A program made the position numbers and the translations under genes. The notes beneath the pieces were generated by a model. It did not search any database. It saw only the letters and a list, made by a program, of their open reading frames with translations, and was not told the DNA's origin. This document shows, in pieces, positions 50,610 through 62,534 of a DNA stretch of 64,000 bases (position 1 is the first letter of the stretch; each line of letters opens with the position of its first letter). The stretch lies in the NCBI RefSeq assembly GCF_963921235.1, contig NC_086097.1, positions 101,558,001 to 101,622,000 of the forward strand, read 5' to 3'. The stretch comes from Mobula hypostoma. Lineage: Eukaryota.

Positions 50610-52290
50610 TTATTGATCTGGATAAAGGAACTGATGGCTTTATGGCCAAACTTGCAGATGACACTGAGACAAGTGAAGGGCAGATTGTGTGACAGAGTCA
50701 TGGACTCCACAGAATGGCTTGGAAAGGTTGGGAAAGTGGGAAAAGAGGTGGCAAATGGAAGGAAGTAACAGGAACTGGGGGGTTATGCACTTAAGTAGGA
50801 AAAATAAAGCAGTAGATTGTTTCTTAAATGGGAAGGGAATTCAGAAATCAGAGGTGCAAAGTGACTTGGGGTCCCTAGTCCAGGATTCCTTAAAGGTTAA
50901 CTTGCAGGTTGAGTCGGTAGTAAAGAAGGCAAACGCAATGTTAGCATTCATTTCCAGAGGACTAGAATATGCAAACAAGGATATACTGCTGAAGGATGAG
51001 TGACTGAAGAAGTGGTGCAGGGGGTAGGTTTTCAGATTTCTGGATCATTGGGATCTCTTCTGGGGAAGATAGAACCCATGCAAAAAAGGACAGTTTATAC
51101 CTGGACCCAAGGGGAACCAATATCATTGCAAGCAGGTTTGCTAGAGCTGTTGGAGAGGGCTTAAACTAATTTGGCAGAGTGATGGGAACTGAAATGATAG
51201 AGCTGAGGATGCAGCAGTTGGTATACAAGTTGATGCAGTGTGTAGTGAGACTGCAGGCAAGGACAGGCAGATAATTGACAAAATTGTAGTCAATGAAATG
51301 ACTGTAACATGGGGCAAAATCAAAAAGGATAATCATTTCTGGTTGGTTACAGGTGACGAATGGTATTCCGCAGCAGTCAGTACTGGGACCGCTTCTTTTC
51401 ACATTATGCATCAATGATTTGGATAATGGGATTGACGACTTTGTGACCAAGTTTATAGATGATACGAAGATAGGTGGAGGGGCAGATAATGTTGAGGAAG
51501 CAGGTAGTCTACAGAAGGACTTAGACAGATTAGGCGAATAGGCAAAGTGGCAAATAGAATATACCGTAGGGAAGTGTAGGAGGAATAAGGGCATAGACTA
51601 TTTTCTAAGTGGGGAGAAAATTCAAAAATAAGGTAACTTGTAGGTTGAGTTGGTGGTAAGGAAGGCAAATATAATGTTAGCATTCGTTTCAAGAGGACGA
51701 GAACATAACCAGCAAGGATGTAATGCTGAGGTTTTATAAGGCATTTGGAGTTTGAGAGCACTTTTGGGCCCCTTATCTAAGAAAAGGTGTGCTGGCATGG
51801 GAGAGGCTTTAGAGGAGGTTCATGTAAATGATTCCAAGAATGAAAGGGTTAACATGTGAGGAGCGTTTGATTGGTCTGTGCCTGTACTCATTGGAGTTTT
51901 CAAGAATGAGGGGCAATCTCATTGAAATCTATTGAACATTGAAAGGCCTAGGACAGAGTGGATGTGGAGATGATATTTCCTATAGTGAGTGAGTCTAGGA
52001 CCAGAGGGCACAGTCTCATTATAGAGTGACATCCATTTAGAACAGAGATAAAAAGGAATTTCCTTAGCCAGAACACGGTGAACGTGTGGAATTCATTGCC
52101 ATAGATGGCCGTGCAGGTCAAGTCACTGAGTATATTTATAGCAGTGGTTGTTAGGTTCTTTGTTAGTCAGTGTGTCAAAGGTTACAGGGGGAAGGCAGGA
52201 AAATGGAGCTGAAAGAGTAGTAAATCAGCCATGATGAAACAGTGGAGTAGGCTCAAGAGCTGAGTGGCCTAATTCTGCTCCATGTCATCT
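50610..52290 (+). mobile_element. CR1 fragments: RT piece 50610-50995; ORF1 end joined by deletion to RT-3'UTR 50995-52290
   Basis: FRFLDHWDLFWG; QQSVLGPLLFTLCINDLD..TKFIDDTK. Confidence 0.8.
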
Positions 52291-55200
52291 GGTCTTAGAT
52301 TCTCCCACCACAGGAAGCATCCTCTCCACATCCACTCTATCAAGACCTTTCACCAGTTGATAGATTTCAATGAGGTTACACCTCATTCTTATGAATTCTA
52401 CTGAATACAGAGCCATCAAACATTCTTCATATAACAAGCCATTCAATCTTGGAATTATTTTCGTGAACCTCCTTTGAAACCTCTCCAGTTTCAGCACATC
52501 CTTTCGAAATAAGGGACCCAAAACTGCTCAGAATACCTCAAGTACATCCTTGCTTTTATATTCTAGTCCTCTTGAAATGAATTCTAACATTGCATTTGCT
52601 TTCCTCACTACAGACTCAGTCTGCAAATTAACCTTTAGGGAATCCTGCACAAGGACTCCCAAATCCCTTTGCACCTCAGATTTTTGCATTTTCTCTCTAT
52701 TTAGAAAATAGTCAACCCTTTCATTTCTTCTACCAAAGTGCATGGCTATACAATTCCCGAAACTGTATTCCATCTACCTTTTCTTTGCCCAATCTCCTAA
52801 TTTGTGGGCACGTGGCCAAGTGGTTAAGGCGTTCGACTAGCGACCTGAAGGTTGTGAGTTCGAGCCCCAGCCAAGACAGCATGTTGTTTCCTTGAGCAAG
52901 GTACTTAATCACACAGTGCTCTGCAACGACACTGGTGCCAAGCTGTATGGGTCCTAATGCCCTTCCCTTGGACAACATTGGTGTTGTGGAGAGGGGAGAC
53001 TTGCAGCATGGCAACTGCCAGTCTTCCATACAACCTTTCCCAGGCCTGCGTCCTGGAGAGTGAAGACTTTCCAGGCGAAGATCCATGGTCTCGCAAGACT
53101 AACGGATGTCTTATTTTCTCCTAATTTAAGTCCTTTTATAGCTTCTTTCCTTCCTCAAAACTACCTGCCTCTTCGCCTATCATCTGCAAACTTTGCAACA
53201 AAGCCACAATTCCATCATCCAAGTCATTGACATATAACGTAAAAAAATTGCTCCCAACAAAGACCCCTATGGAATGCTACTAGTCATCGGCAGCCAACCA
53301 GGTAAGGGTCCCTTTAATACCACTCTTTGCCTCCTGCCAATCAGCCACTGGTTTATCCATGCTAGAACCTTTCCTGTAATATCATGGGCTCATAGCTTGT
53401 TAAGCAACCTCGTGTCACACCTTGTCAAAAGTTCTTCTGAAAATCCAAGTACACAACATCAGCCAATTCTCCTTTGTCTATCCCGTTTGTTATTTCCTCA
53501 AAGAATTCCAACAGATTTGTCAGGCAAGATTTTCCCTTGAGGAAACCATGTTGACTACAGCCTGCTTTGTCATCTGCCAAGTACCTGAGATCTCATCCTT
53601 AATAATCGACTCCAACATCTTCCCAACCATTGAGGTCAGACTAACTGGCCTGTAGTTTCCTTTCTTCTGCCTTTCCCCCTTCTAATCAATTCTGGTTCAT
53701 TTCAGAACACCCAATCCAGAATAGCTGATCCCCTAGTGGGCTCAACCATGAGCTGCTCTAAAAGGCCATTTCATAGGCATTCTAGAAATTCCCCCTCCTG
53801 GAATCCAGCACCAACCTGCTTTTCCCAATCTACCTGCATATTGAAATCCCCCATTACTATTTTAACATTGGCCTTTTGGCATGCATTTTCTATCTCCTGT
53901 TGTAATTTGTAGACCATATCCTTACTACTATTTGGGGGTCTGTATACAATTCCCAGCAGGGTCTTTTTACCCTTGCAGTTCCTTAGCTCTATCCACAATG
54001 ATCAAAACACCCTCTGACCCTATGTCACCTCTTTCTAAAGATTTGATTTCATTTTTTACCAACAGAGCAACACCACCCCCTCTGCTTTCCTGTCTGTCTC
54101 TTTGATACAACATGTATCCTTGGACATTAAGCTCCCAGCTATAATTTTCTTTCAGCCATGATTTAGTGATGCCTACAACATTACACCTGCCAATCTGTAA
54201 CTGTGCTGCAAGTTCATTTACCTTATTCCATGTACTGCACGCATTCAAATGTAACACCTTCAGTCCTGTATTCACTCTTTTCAATTTTGTCTACCTTTTA
54301 AGTTCCAACTCATCCTGTTGACTACAATTTTGCCCTTTCAACAGCATCTCCTCACCACACATTGCTCTGTTTGTAAACTAGGTACCTCACCTTCAGCACT
54401 ATTATCCGCCTTTCCTACGATATTTCTGTATTGAAATATACGCAGCCCAGGACACCAGTCACTCCATGCGCAACCTTTTGATTCCTAACTTTGAGGTCTT
54501 ACCAACATCTATCTCCACAACCTCTCCACTAATTGTTCTGGCAGTCTAGTTCCCATCCCCCTGAAACTCTCGTTTAAACCCGAGCGTGCAGCATTAACAA
54601 ACCTTCCCACTAGGATATTAGCCCCCCTCCAGTTCAGGTGCAAACCATCCCTTCTGTACAGGTCCCACCTTCCCTGGAAGAGAGCCCAATGATCCAAAAA
54701 TCTTATGCCCTCCCTCCTACACCAACTCCATTGCCACATATTAAACTGTATAATTTTCCTAGTTGCCCTCACTAACATGTGGCACCGATAGCAATCCTGA
54801 AATCACAACTCTGGAGGTCCTGCCCTTTAACTTAGAATCTAACTTCCTAAACTCACTATGCAGAACCTCATCACCTGTCCTGCCCATGTCATTGGTACCC
54901 ATGTGGAGCACAACTTCTCACTGTTCACCCTCCCACTTAATTATGCTGAGGATTTGATCCAGGATGTCCCGGATCCTGACACCCAGGAGGCAACATACCT
55001 TCTGGGAATCTCATTCTCGCCCATAGAACCTCCTCCGATCCATTTCCCTAACTAATAAATCCCTTTCACCATAGCCTGCCTCTTCTCTCCCCTACCATTC
55101 TGACTCAGTGCCAGAGAATGGACCACTGTGACTTTCCTCTGCTAGGAGAACCACCCCCTCCCAGCAAATCCAAAGTGATATACCTGTCGTTGAGGGGGAT

Positions 55201-55640
55201 GGCCACAGGGGTACTCTGCCTTTCCCTGTCCTGACTTCTTCCAGTTTCCTGTGTCCCGTACCTTGGGTGTAACTACCTCTCTATATGTCCTATCACCCCC
55301 TCAGCCTCCTGAACGATCGGAGTTCATCCTGTTCCAGCTCCAACACCTTAATGCTGATTGTTAGAAGCTGCAGCTGGATGCACTTCTCGCAGATGTAGTC
55401 ATCAAGGACACTGGAGGTCTCCCCGCCTTCCTGCAAGAGGAGCATTCTACAATCCTGCCTGGCAGCTCTACTGCCCTAGCTGAGCAGATATAAAGAAGGG
55501 AAGGGAAAAAACAACTTAACCTAGAGCTTTACTTTTCTTTCTCTGACTGAAGCTTCTCTTTGCTGAAGCTTCAAAGAGTTTAGGGCTCAAGATCACCGCT
55601 CTGACTCCGTTCACTCAGACAGCTGCTGCAATGATGTCGT
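52285..55640 (-). mobile_element. CR1 retaining the 5' region (ORF1 zinc-finger/zipper and esterase, EN, deleted RT)
   Basis: DDYICEKCIQLQLL at about 55350-55400, FLDHWALFQGRWDLYRRDGLHLN, VYRPPN and MGDFN. Confidence 0.85.
52804..53116 (+). mobile_element. tRNA-derived CORE-type SINE, full length
   Basis: A box 52813-52823, B box 52858-52866, ccttgagcaaggtacttaa core and an 11-bp TSD tctcctaattt. Confidence 0.88.
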
Positions 55641-55647
55641 ATATTTA

Positions 55648-56114
55648 AGGCTGATTTACACTTCTGCATACAGGCTACGCCGTGGACCTGATTTATACTT
55701 TTGTGTAGCCCTACACCATAGCCAGCATGCGTGGTTGTGTCTGCGTCGCTCTGCAATTCACTGCCAAAACGCTAGTTGGCGGTGGGATTTCTATGCCACT
55801 GTGTTGAGTTTCTTCGTGAGGGACATGGACGAGGAAATGCATTTCAAATATTTTCAGATGTCAGCAGGTAGATTTGACAATTTGGTTCATCGTCTCCAAC
55901 CATTTATTTCATATCAGTGTACAGACACGGTGGAGAAATGCAACTGGAAATGCGTAGGAGGAAATGCGATGCTACCAAGTGGACCAATCACAGTTGTTGC
56001 AGTCTGCATCGCCGTGATGCGTGAGGTACATTTTTGGGAAAGTGCACGTCACCCTACAGCGTAGGGTATGTGGTACCTATGGCGTATATTTGACACAGAA
56101 GTACAAATTGGGCT
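55648..56114 (+). mobile_element. PIF/Harbinger non-autonomous element
   Basis: 19-bp imperfect TIRs (aggctgatttacacttctg and cagaagtacaaattgggct), TTA TSD. Internal [27 protein letters not shown] resembles the Harbinger transposase N-terminus. Confidence 0.78.
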
Positions 56115-56689
56115 TTACACAGCACGGAAACTGGCCGTCACCTATACCTACTAAGTTTCCTTCCCGAGTTAATCCTATTTGTCTTTGTTCGGCCTGTTTC
56201 TATTTGTGCCACTTCAGGTATGTAGAAATTTATTCAATTTTAGTTAGGGTATTAAGTTATATATCATTTTCTTGAATGCCAGACAACAAAAAGTAGAGTA
56301 AATTTGACCTGAGGAAATCTGCTTAAATCATTAAAAGTGAACAGGGAGTACCCACTGAGGGAAAATTTGACAGTACATTGGCTTCCTGAATGAACCTGTC
56401 CAAACTAGTCCATACTCCAAACCTGCTTTAATGTAAGGTCAAGTGATTTTGGCAAGTTGACTATGTGACAAACGTCGCCTTATTTCTTGGCACTGGTCAA
56501 CTGAAAGTAGATAACTTCTTGGAAACGTAACTTCCTCTCCTTCCATCTCGTTACAATCTATTTGGAGGTTGAATTTTATGTTGTCGGATATTAAACTCCA
56601 TTTTTTTTATTGCTGGAAGTCTCTGAAGTACAAAAAAAAGAATTAAAGTCCATAGATTTTATTTATCCATTGTATGAGATTTTAAGACA

Positions 56690-57715
56690 TTTTCCAGAAC
56701 TTTTAAGTAACATGGATACTGGTGGATACCTGGAAGATATATCGGGTTGCATGGAATTCAAGGGAAGCTAGTGAATTGGCTCAATGACTAGAAGCAGAGG
56801 ATGATTGTTGAAGGTTGATTCTCCAACTGGAGGATTGAAAACACCAGAGGTCTATACTGGGAACTCTATCATTCATTATGTATAGGGACGCAAATGGTTT
56901 GGATATGAATGTACATGGTGTAATTAGCAAGTTCGCTAATGACACCCAAACTAGGGTCCTGCTAATTTGAAACAGGTCACAATGAATTACAAAGAGATCT
57001 CGATCAGTCAGGTAGATGGGTTGATTTCAACTTGATAAGTGTGAGGTGATGCATTTGGACAGGGCACAGACTAGTGTTGTGCAACAGAGGGACCAGGGAG
57101 TACAAGGGCACAGTTCTCTGAAAGTGGCCACGTGAGTAGACCAGGTAGTGAAGAAGGCTTTTAGCACATTGGCTGGCCTTTGGAAGTGGGGACATTATAT
57201 TTCAGCTATGTAAGCTGTTGATGGGAACATTGTGTACAGTTTAGGCCATGCTGGTACATTGTCAGGCTGGAGAGGATGCAGAAGAGATTGCTGCATCATC
57301 TAGAGGACTGGAGATGTAGTGAGATCTTGGCCATGCTGCAACTTTATTCCCTGTAGGGGTGATCTTGTAGAAGTTTTTAAAATCATGAGGGGTACGGATA
57401 AGGTTGGTGGTCAGAGTCTTTTCTCCTGGGTTGGGAAGTCCAAAACTAGAGGGCATAGATACAGTTAAGAGGAGAAAATTTTAAAAGAGACCTGACAAGT
57501 AATTTCTTTATAGAAAAGGTAGTGAGTACAGTATCTGGAGTGAACAGCCAGAGAACATGGTGAAGGTAGGTACAATTATAAAATTGGATAGGTACATGGA
57601 GGAGAGGAGCTTGGAGGGTTATGGACCTGGGACTAGCAGGGAGGAACATGTGGTCAATATGGATCAGTTAGGTCAAAGGGCCTGTTTTGCTGCTGTATTA
57701 CTCTATGACTGTTTT
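56690..57715 (+). mobile_element. Old CR1 RT-3' fragment
   Basis: ISKFANDT, LKVAT..DQVVKKAF and ctctatgact tail. Confidence 0.75.
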
Positions 57716-57784
57716 TTCTGTACTTACTGCCGGGACATGCAACATCAGCTGATCACCCAAAGATCTGTTAACTCCAGCTATGAT

Positions 57785-57790
57785 TTTATT
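57785..57790 (-). promoter_or_regulatory. Candidate polyadenylation signal of the GALNT16-like gene
   Basis: AATAAA on the minus strand about 410 nt after the stop. An alternative lies near 56229-56234. Confidence 0.35.
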
Positions 57791-58201
57791 TACAGTCTAG
57801 TTGTGAACAACAAAAACTCACAAACCCGCCATGAGTTTAAACGTGAAGAAGTGATCAATAGGGTAGTGGTGTAATAACACTTCCGGAACGGGTGATCAGG
57901 TTAGCTTTCTGACCTTGCAACACTCTGCATGTGAACAAAGTGACTAACCCTCTGAGACTGCTCTGGGGTCACTAAAATATTACATTAACATCCTGCCCAC
58001 TATGACGGGAACCCGGGGAATGAAGTTGTTTGTGTTGGAGACAGCTCCAGTCCCATCCATACTGAGTTGTGTCGAGGCTCCAGACCCAATGTTTCTTCTC
58101 TGTGTAGTTCATCAGCATCCCATCTTGTTGAACTGTATCTCAGGAGTGAAAATCCCAGTTCACATGTATGCACGTTGATATGGGCCACACAACTTCTGAT
58201 G

Positions 58202-58354
58202 TCACCTGACTTTCAACACATCCCACTGTTGGCTGTAAAGCTTGGGCTGACAAGGTGTGGTGCCCACCTGGTTGGCATCCAACTTGGCTGCTTGGCTGTC
58301 CAAGCACACCCCAGTTATAAGGTGTTGGATGGCTCCTCCCTTCAGTGCCCATTT
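58202..58354 (-). CDS. GALNT16: Polypeptide N-acetylgalactosaminyltransferase 16-like, last coding exon
   Basis: Minus strand tttcag| acceptor, then KWALKGGAIQHLITGVCLDSQAAKLDANQVGTTPCQPKLYSQQWDVLKVR-TGA. Contains CLD and QxW lectin motifs and is in frame with the 63475-63591 exon. Not present in the supplied ORF track. Confidence 0.87.
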   Translation of the reverse strand, partial: KWALKGGAIQHLITGVCLDSQAAKLDANQVGTTPCQPKLYSQQWDVLKVR

Positions 58355-58639
58355 CTGAAATTAACAACAAAGGGGCAATGATTATATACAGTTATGACAG
58401 ATTTTAACCTCATTTAAACATTTGGTGCATCCCAATGTGATTCACAGACATAATGCAGAAAACATTGTTGGATTTCATGAATAGCAATGTGCTAATGTCA
58501 TTGTGCTGTTGGTAAAGTCTATCATTCGGGACACCCCTGTACATACTCATGGGATCTGTAATGTCCTTTTCTCATCCCATCTGACAGATGATGCCTTCTG
58601 TGAGAGATTCGGCAAATCTCCAATGCCAAGTCATGAAGT

Positions 58640-58960
58640 TTGTCGGGTGTTGCAGTGTCACAAGTACTGCCTTTCAGATGAGATTAACCAGAGGAGTTGT
58701 TAACATTGAAAAGATTCCAAAGAATCCAATTGAAAAGGAGCAGCAACATTATCTGGGTGTCTCAGCATATACTTATCGCTAAATTTTTCCCTACAAGAAA
58801 TAATATCAAATGATCTAGTCACATCTATGTTGCTATCTGTGGCAGGCTGCTGACTGCAAGTTGATTGTGACATTCTTTGCAACAGTCACCAAATCTCAAA
58901 AGGAGTTAATTGGTTAAAAAAAATCTGTGGTGTCTGAGGGTTATGACAGGGGCCTCAGAA
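58640..58960 (+). mobile_element. DeuSINE (SacSINE1/AmnSINE-like) remnant
   Basis: gcctttcagatgaga..taacc, tgatctagtca..tgttgct..tgtgg and ttaattgg motifs resemble the Deu domain. Confidence 0.5.
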
Positions 58961-60334
58961 AATATCGGCTTTTCTTTCCTTCTTCTGAACAACTCTCCCT
59001 TGGAGTAGCAATGGAACTGGAGCCTGGGATTTGTCCTCCAGTTTCGAGAATTAATCGAGATCCCATGACCAAGAACACTGCTTCACCATTGATCCCTCTA
59101 ATACACAGCTGCCTACTTCCTAATTGAGTCTCAGCTCCAGAAAATTGTTTTTTCTTTTAGTTTGAAGGTCAGATAAGTAAACCACACAAAGCAGATGGTT
59201 GTTTAATTCCACTTTATATCTCATCCAAGTTCCTGACAACTGAGATAGTTTTATCTGCACTGTTATCTTGGCAATGGTTTGATTGGAAAGAATCCCTTAA
59301 TCTGAAAGGCTATTAAAAGTAATTGCCTGTTTTGTCAGCATGAATAATTAATGTCTAATTAAAGCAGTGTGTGAATGTGCAGAATGGGACAGTAATGCTC
59401 AGTCCTAAATATTAACAGGACAAGGCAGAGAGAGGTGGCAAAGAAAAAAGTGACCAGAAAGGAACGTAGGGAAGTGTTTAAAAAAAAGGCTTGGCTTAAC
59501 ACGGAACATTATATACTCCAAAGTGTACAATTGTCTATTAATCAAATGAAACAGCCATAGTTAATAAACAGGCTGAGAAAAACTCCAGGATTAAAGGGAA
59601 AAGCCCACAGAAATGCAGAACATAAGGGGTATACTCTTACGGCTAGAGAAGAAAGCATCAAATTGAAACTTGAAGAGAAAGTTGAGAGAGACATTGAGAG
59701 TAATACAAATGTTAAGACCTACAAGAAAGCAATTGATAAGAATAATTCATGCTCCTTAAAAAGAGCAATAGAAAGCTGGCCAACTCGTTGTCTGGTTTGT
59801 TTCAATCTTCACTGCAGGGAGAGGGATAATGGTCCTGACATTTCAGTAAAGCTAAAAATGAATCAGGGTCTGGAACTCAGCAAAATTAACACAAGCAGGA
59901 AGAGAGCATTAAAGGAAAAGGCAAATCCCCAGGGCCTCTTGGTTGCTATAGTGACGTTCTAAAGCCAGAAAGTGACAAAGTTGCAGATGCTTTATTCATT
60001 AACATTTCAAAGCTGTTTTAGTTCACCAGTTGGACATTTCAACAGCACACTTACATGTGTAAATTAGCTTTTTTTTATAAGGAAGATGAGGAGAGGGGGC
60101 CAGGAAATTGTAGCTATTTGTTATGGAGAAGTTTCTGTGATCTGTAATTAAGGGCAAAATGATTCTGAGCTGATTAAACCAGTCAAGAAATGCATTGGTT
60201 TTAAATTTACCATCTCTTATTTCTAATCTGCCTATCGGCTCGCTCCTCCCTAACCTTTCAATCTCTTCCATCCTGCAATGACACAGCAGTGCAGTTAGTA
60301 CAACTGCTGCTGAACAGCTTCAGCAACATGGGTT

Positions 60335-60660
60335 CAAGTTCAAGTTCTGTGGTCATTCAACCAGACTTAACTCTCCATGAATACAGCCAAACAAAACAGT
60401 GTTCCTCTGGGCCCAGGGTGTGAGACAGAGTGCCAACAGCAAGCATATATATATATATAGTAAGATATCAGTAAAATACAGTCACAAAAAAAATATATAT
60501 AGTCCAAGTCCCTAAATCCACAAATGTTGCAGCAGTCTACAGCTAAAGACAATATGTCTCGTTTTCTGCTGAGTGAACACTGGGCAGGCCGCACCAACTC
60601 CAGCTTGGACACCAGCCACATTGCCCTGGCACTGTATCCCAACCTCAGGTGTGGAATGAG
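60335..60660 (-). mobile_element. Non-autonomous Rex/Babar-tailed element inserted in a V-SINE-like repeat (60280-60860)
   Basis: caagttcaagtt tail; gaatacagccaaacaaaacagtgttcctc is shared with 11576. Confidence 0.5.
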
Positions 60661-61146
60661 ATTCACTTAGCCCAGTTTTCTCCCACATCCCAAGACATAC
60701 TGGTCAGCAGGTTAACAATATGGTGGAAGGTTGGAAAAGCAAAGGGTTCTTGATGGGCATGTGAGAAGATATGGGGTAGAAGGAACGAAGTGGGGGAATG
60801 GATTGATGGGATTGGATTTGATGGGATGGGCCAAATGACCACCTTCTCTGTCATAATAAATATGAGAAATACTCCATGGCTGGGCAATGTTAATTCTAAT
60901 CCCTCCAACATCTGAGTTAAATTAGAGACTGCAGAAACTGGAATCTGGAACTGCTGAAATTCCAAGGAATGCAGGATCTTGACCACCCCTCTGCCTCCAC
61001 AGAGGCTTCTCAACCTACTGAGTTCCTCCAGTATTTTTTATTTCTTCTAAATTGATTTAGTCCACATTGTCAGCTATACCATTCAACTTCCAAAACCTGG
61101 AGCTGGCAATTCCTATCTTTAATGCCTCTGCCTGTCTTTCCTCCTT

Positions 61147-61330
61147 GGTGTTATTGCTGACTGCCTTCGAGTCATCATCGACTCATGGCAACCCTATGAA
61201 TAGTGTAGCTTTCCATAGGGCTTTTGTGGCAAGATATGGAAGTATTCTTCTGCACAGATACTGCTGCCCAGTTTGGGACCCGGCTGGATTTGAATTCAGG
61301 ATCATCCGCCTCGATACCACTACACCAGTA
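61147..61330 (-). mobile_element. tRNA-derived SINE with an RTE-like tail
   Basis: Minus-strand B-box-like gaattcaaatcc; 3' end ccatgagtcgatgatgactcgaaggcag-caataaca. Confidence 0.55.
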
Positions 61331-61483
61331 GCCTCCTTAAGGCCACCTTTTAAAGCAACCTTCTGGGTAAAGCTTGGGTCAGCTGTGTCATACACAGTGC
61401 TGTCTGCTAACACACCCACATTGATGCAATACTTCATGAGATGATATTGATGAAAGAAAAACAACGGGGTGGGGGGGGGAAAC

Positions 61484-61615
61484 GATGAAGGGTGTCAGCC
61501 CGAAATGTCCACTGTTTATTCATTTCCATCGATGCTGCCTGGCCTGCTGAGTTCCACCAGCATTTTCTGTTTGTTGCTTTGGATCTCCAACATCTGCAGA
61601 TTTTCTCTTATTTGT
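61484..61615 (+). mobile_element. Short Penelope-pLTR-derived element starting inside the hammerhead core
   Basis: gatgaagggtgtcagcccgaaatgtc...gatgctgcctggcctgctgagttcc...atctgcagattttctc. Confidence 0.75.
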
Positions 61616-61784
61616 GAATCGACAGAGTGAGGGGTGGGATTGTTCCTAACAAACCCAAATGCCCTGCCCAACATACTTTTAATTACATTGATGCTGGTAA
61701 GACTAAATTCTGGTTAGAAGCATGGTTAGGTGAGAACAGCAGGAAATATGAAGGATGAGGATGTACTTTCATAGTGAGAAGTTA

Positions 61785-62295
61785 CCAGGACTTTCCTTGA
61801 CTTGAGGGCCTGAGATATAAATAGAGGTTGTGTAGATTAGGACCATAACACCATTAGGCCATTCAGCCTATCGAGTCTGATCGATCATTCCATCAAGGCT
61901 GATCCCGGATCCCACTCAACTCAACTTTATTCCCTGGAATGTAGGAGATTGAGGGGTGACCTGATAGAGGTATAAACATTCATGAGGGGTGTAGACAGGG
62001 TGAAAGTACATAGTCTCTTTCCCAGAAAGGGGTTGCTTAAAAATAAGAAGGCATAGGTTTAAGATCAGAGCAAGTGATGGTAAAAGGACACCTGCGCAAC
62101 TTCTTCATGCAAAGGGTGGTGTGTATTTGGAATTATGGTTGAGGGGGGCACATTAGTAACATTTAAAACCTGTTTAGCTAAAAACCTGGACACAGGTTTA
62201 AAGGGCTGTGGACCAAACACAGCCAGATGGTATTAGCTCACTTGGCATAGATGAGTTGAACCAATGGTCCAGTTTCTATGCTGTATGACTCTATG
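61785..62295 (+). mobile_element. CR1 3' fragment
   Basis: RLRGDLIEV, FFMQRVVCIWN and ctgtatgactctatg tail. Confidence 0.7.
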
Positions 62296-62534
62296 GCTAA
62301 GTGGTTTCACCTTAGAATAGCCTTAGCTAGGTGCTATCTTTATTAATGGCCAAATAACACAAAAGAAGGCTTTGTACCCAAGTTTGCTTATTGTCCTAAG
62401 CTTTATTGTAGAATAGGTGAGGTAGATGGATGAACAGAATTATAAAAGCACAATGGAGGATTAACAGCGTGATTATTCTGCATGTAAATTATATCAATGT
62501 GAGGGAGGAAATACATATTGAACCAAACACAGCT

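Noticed and set aside
52806..52870. Possible tRNA gene
   Set aside because: The acceptor and anticodon stems do not close, and it continues into a SINE body bounded by a TSD.
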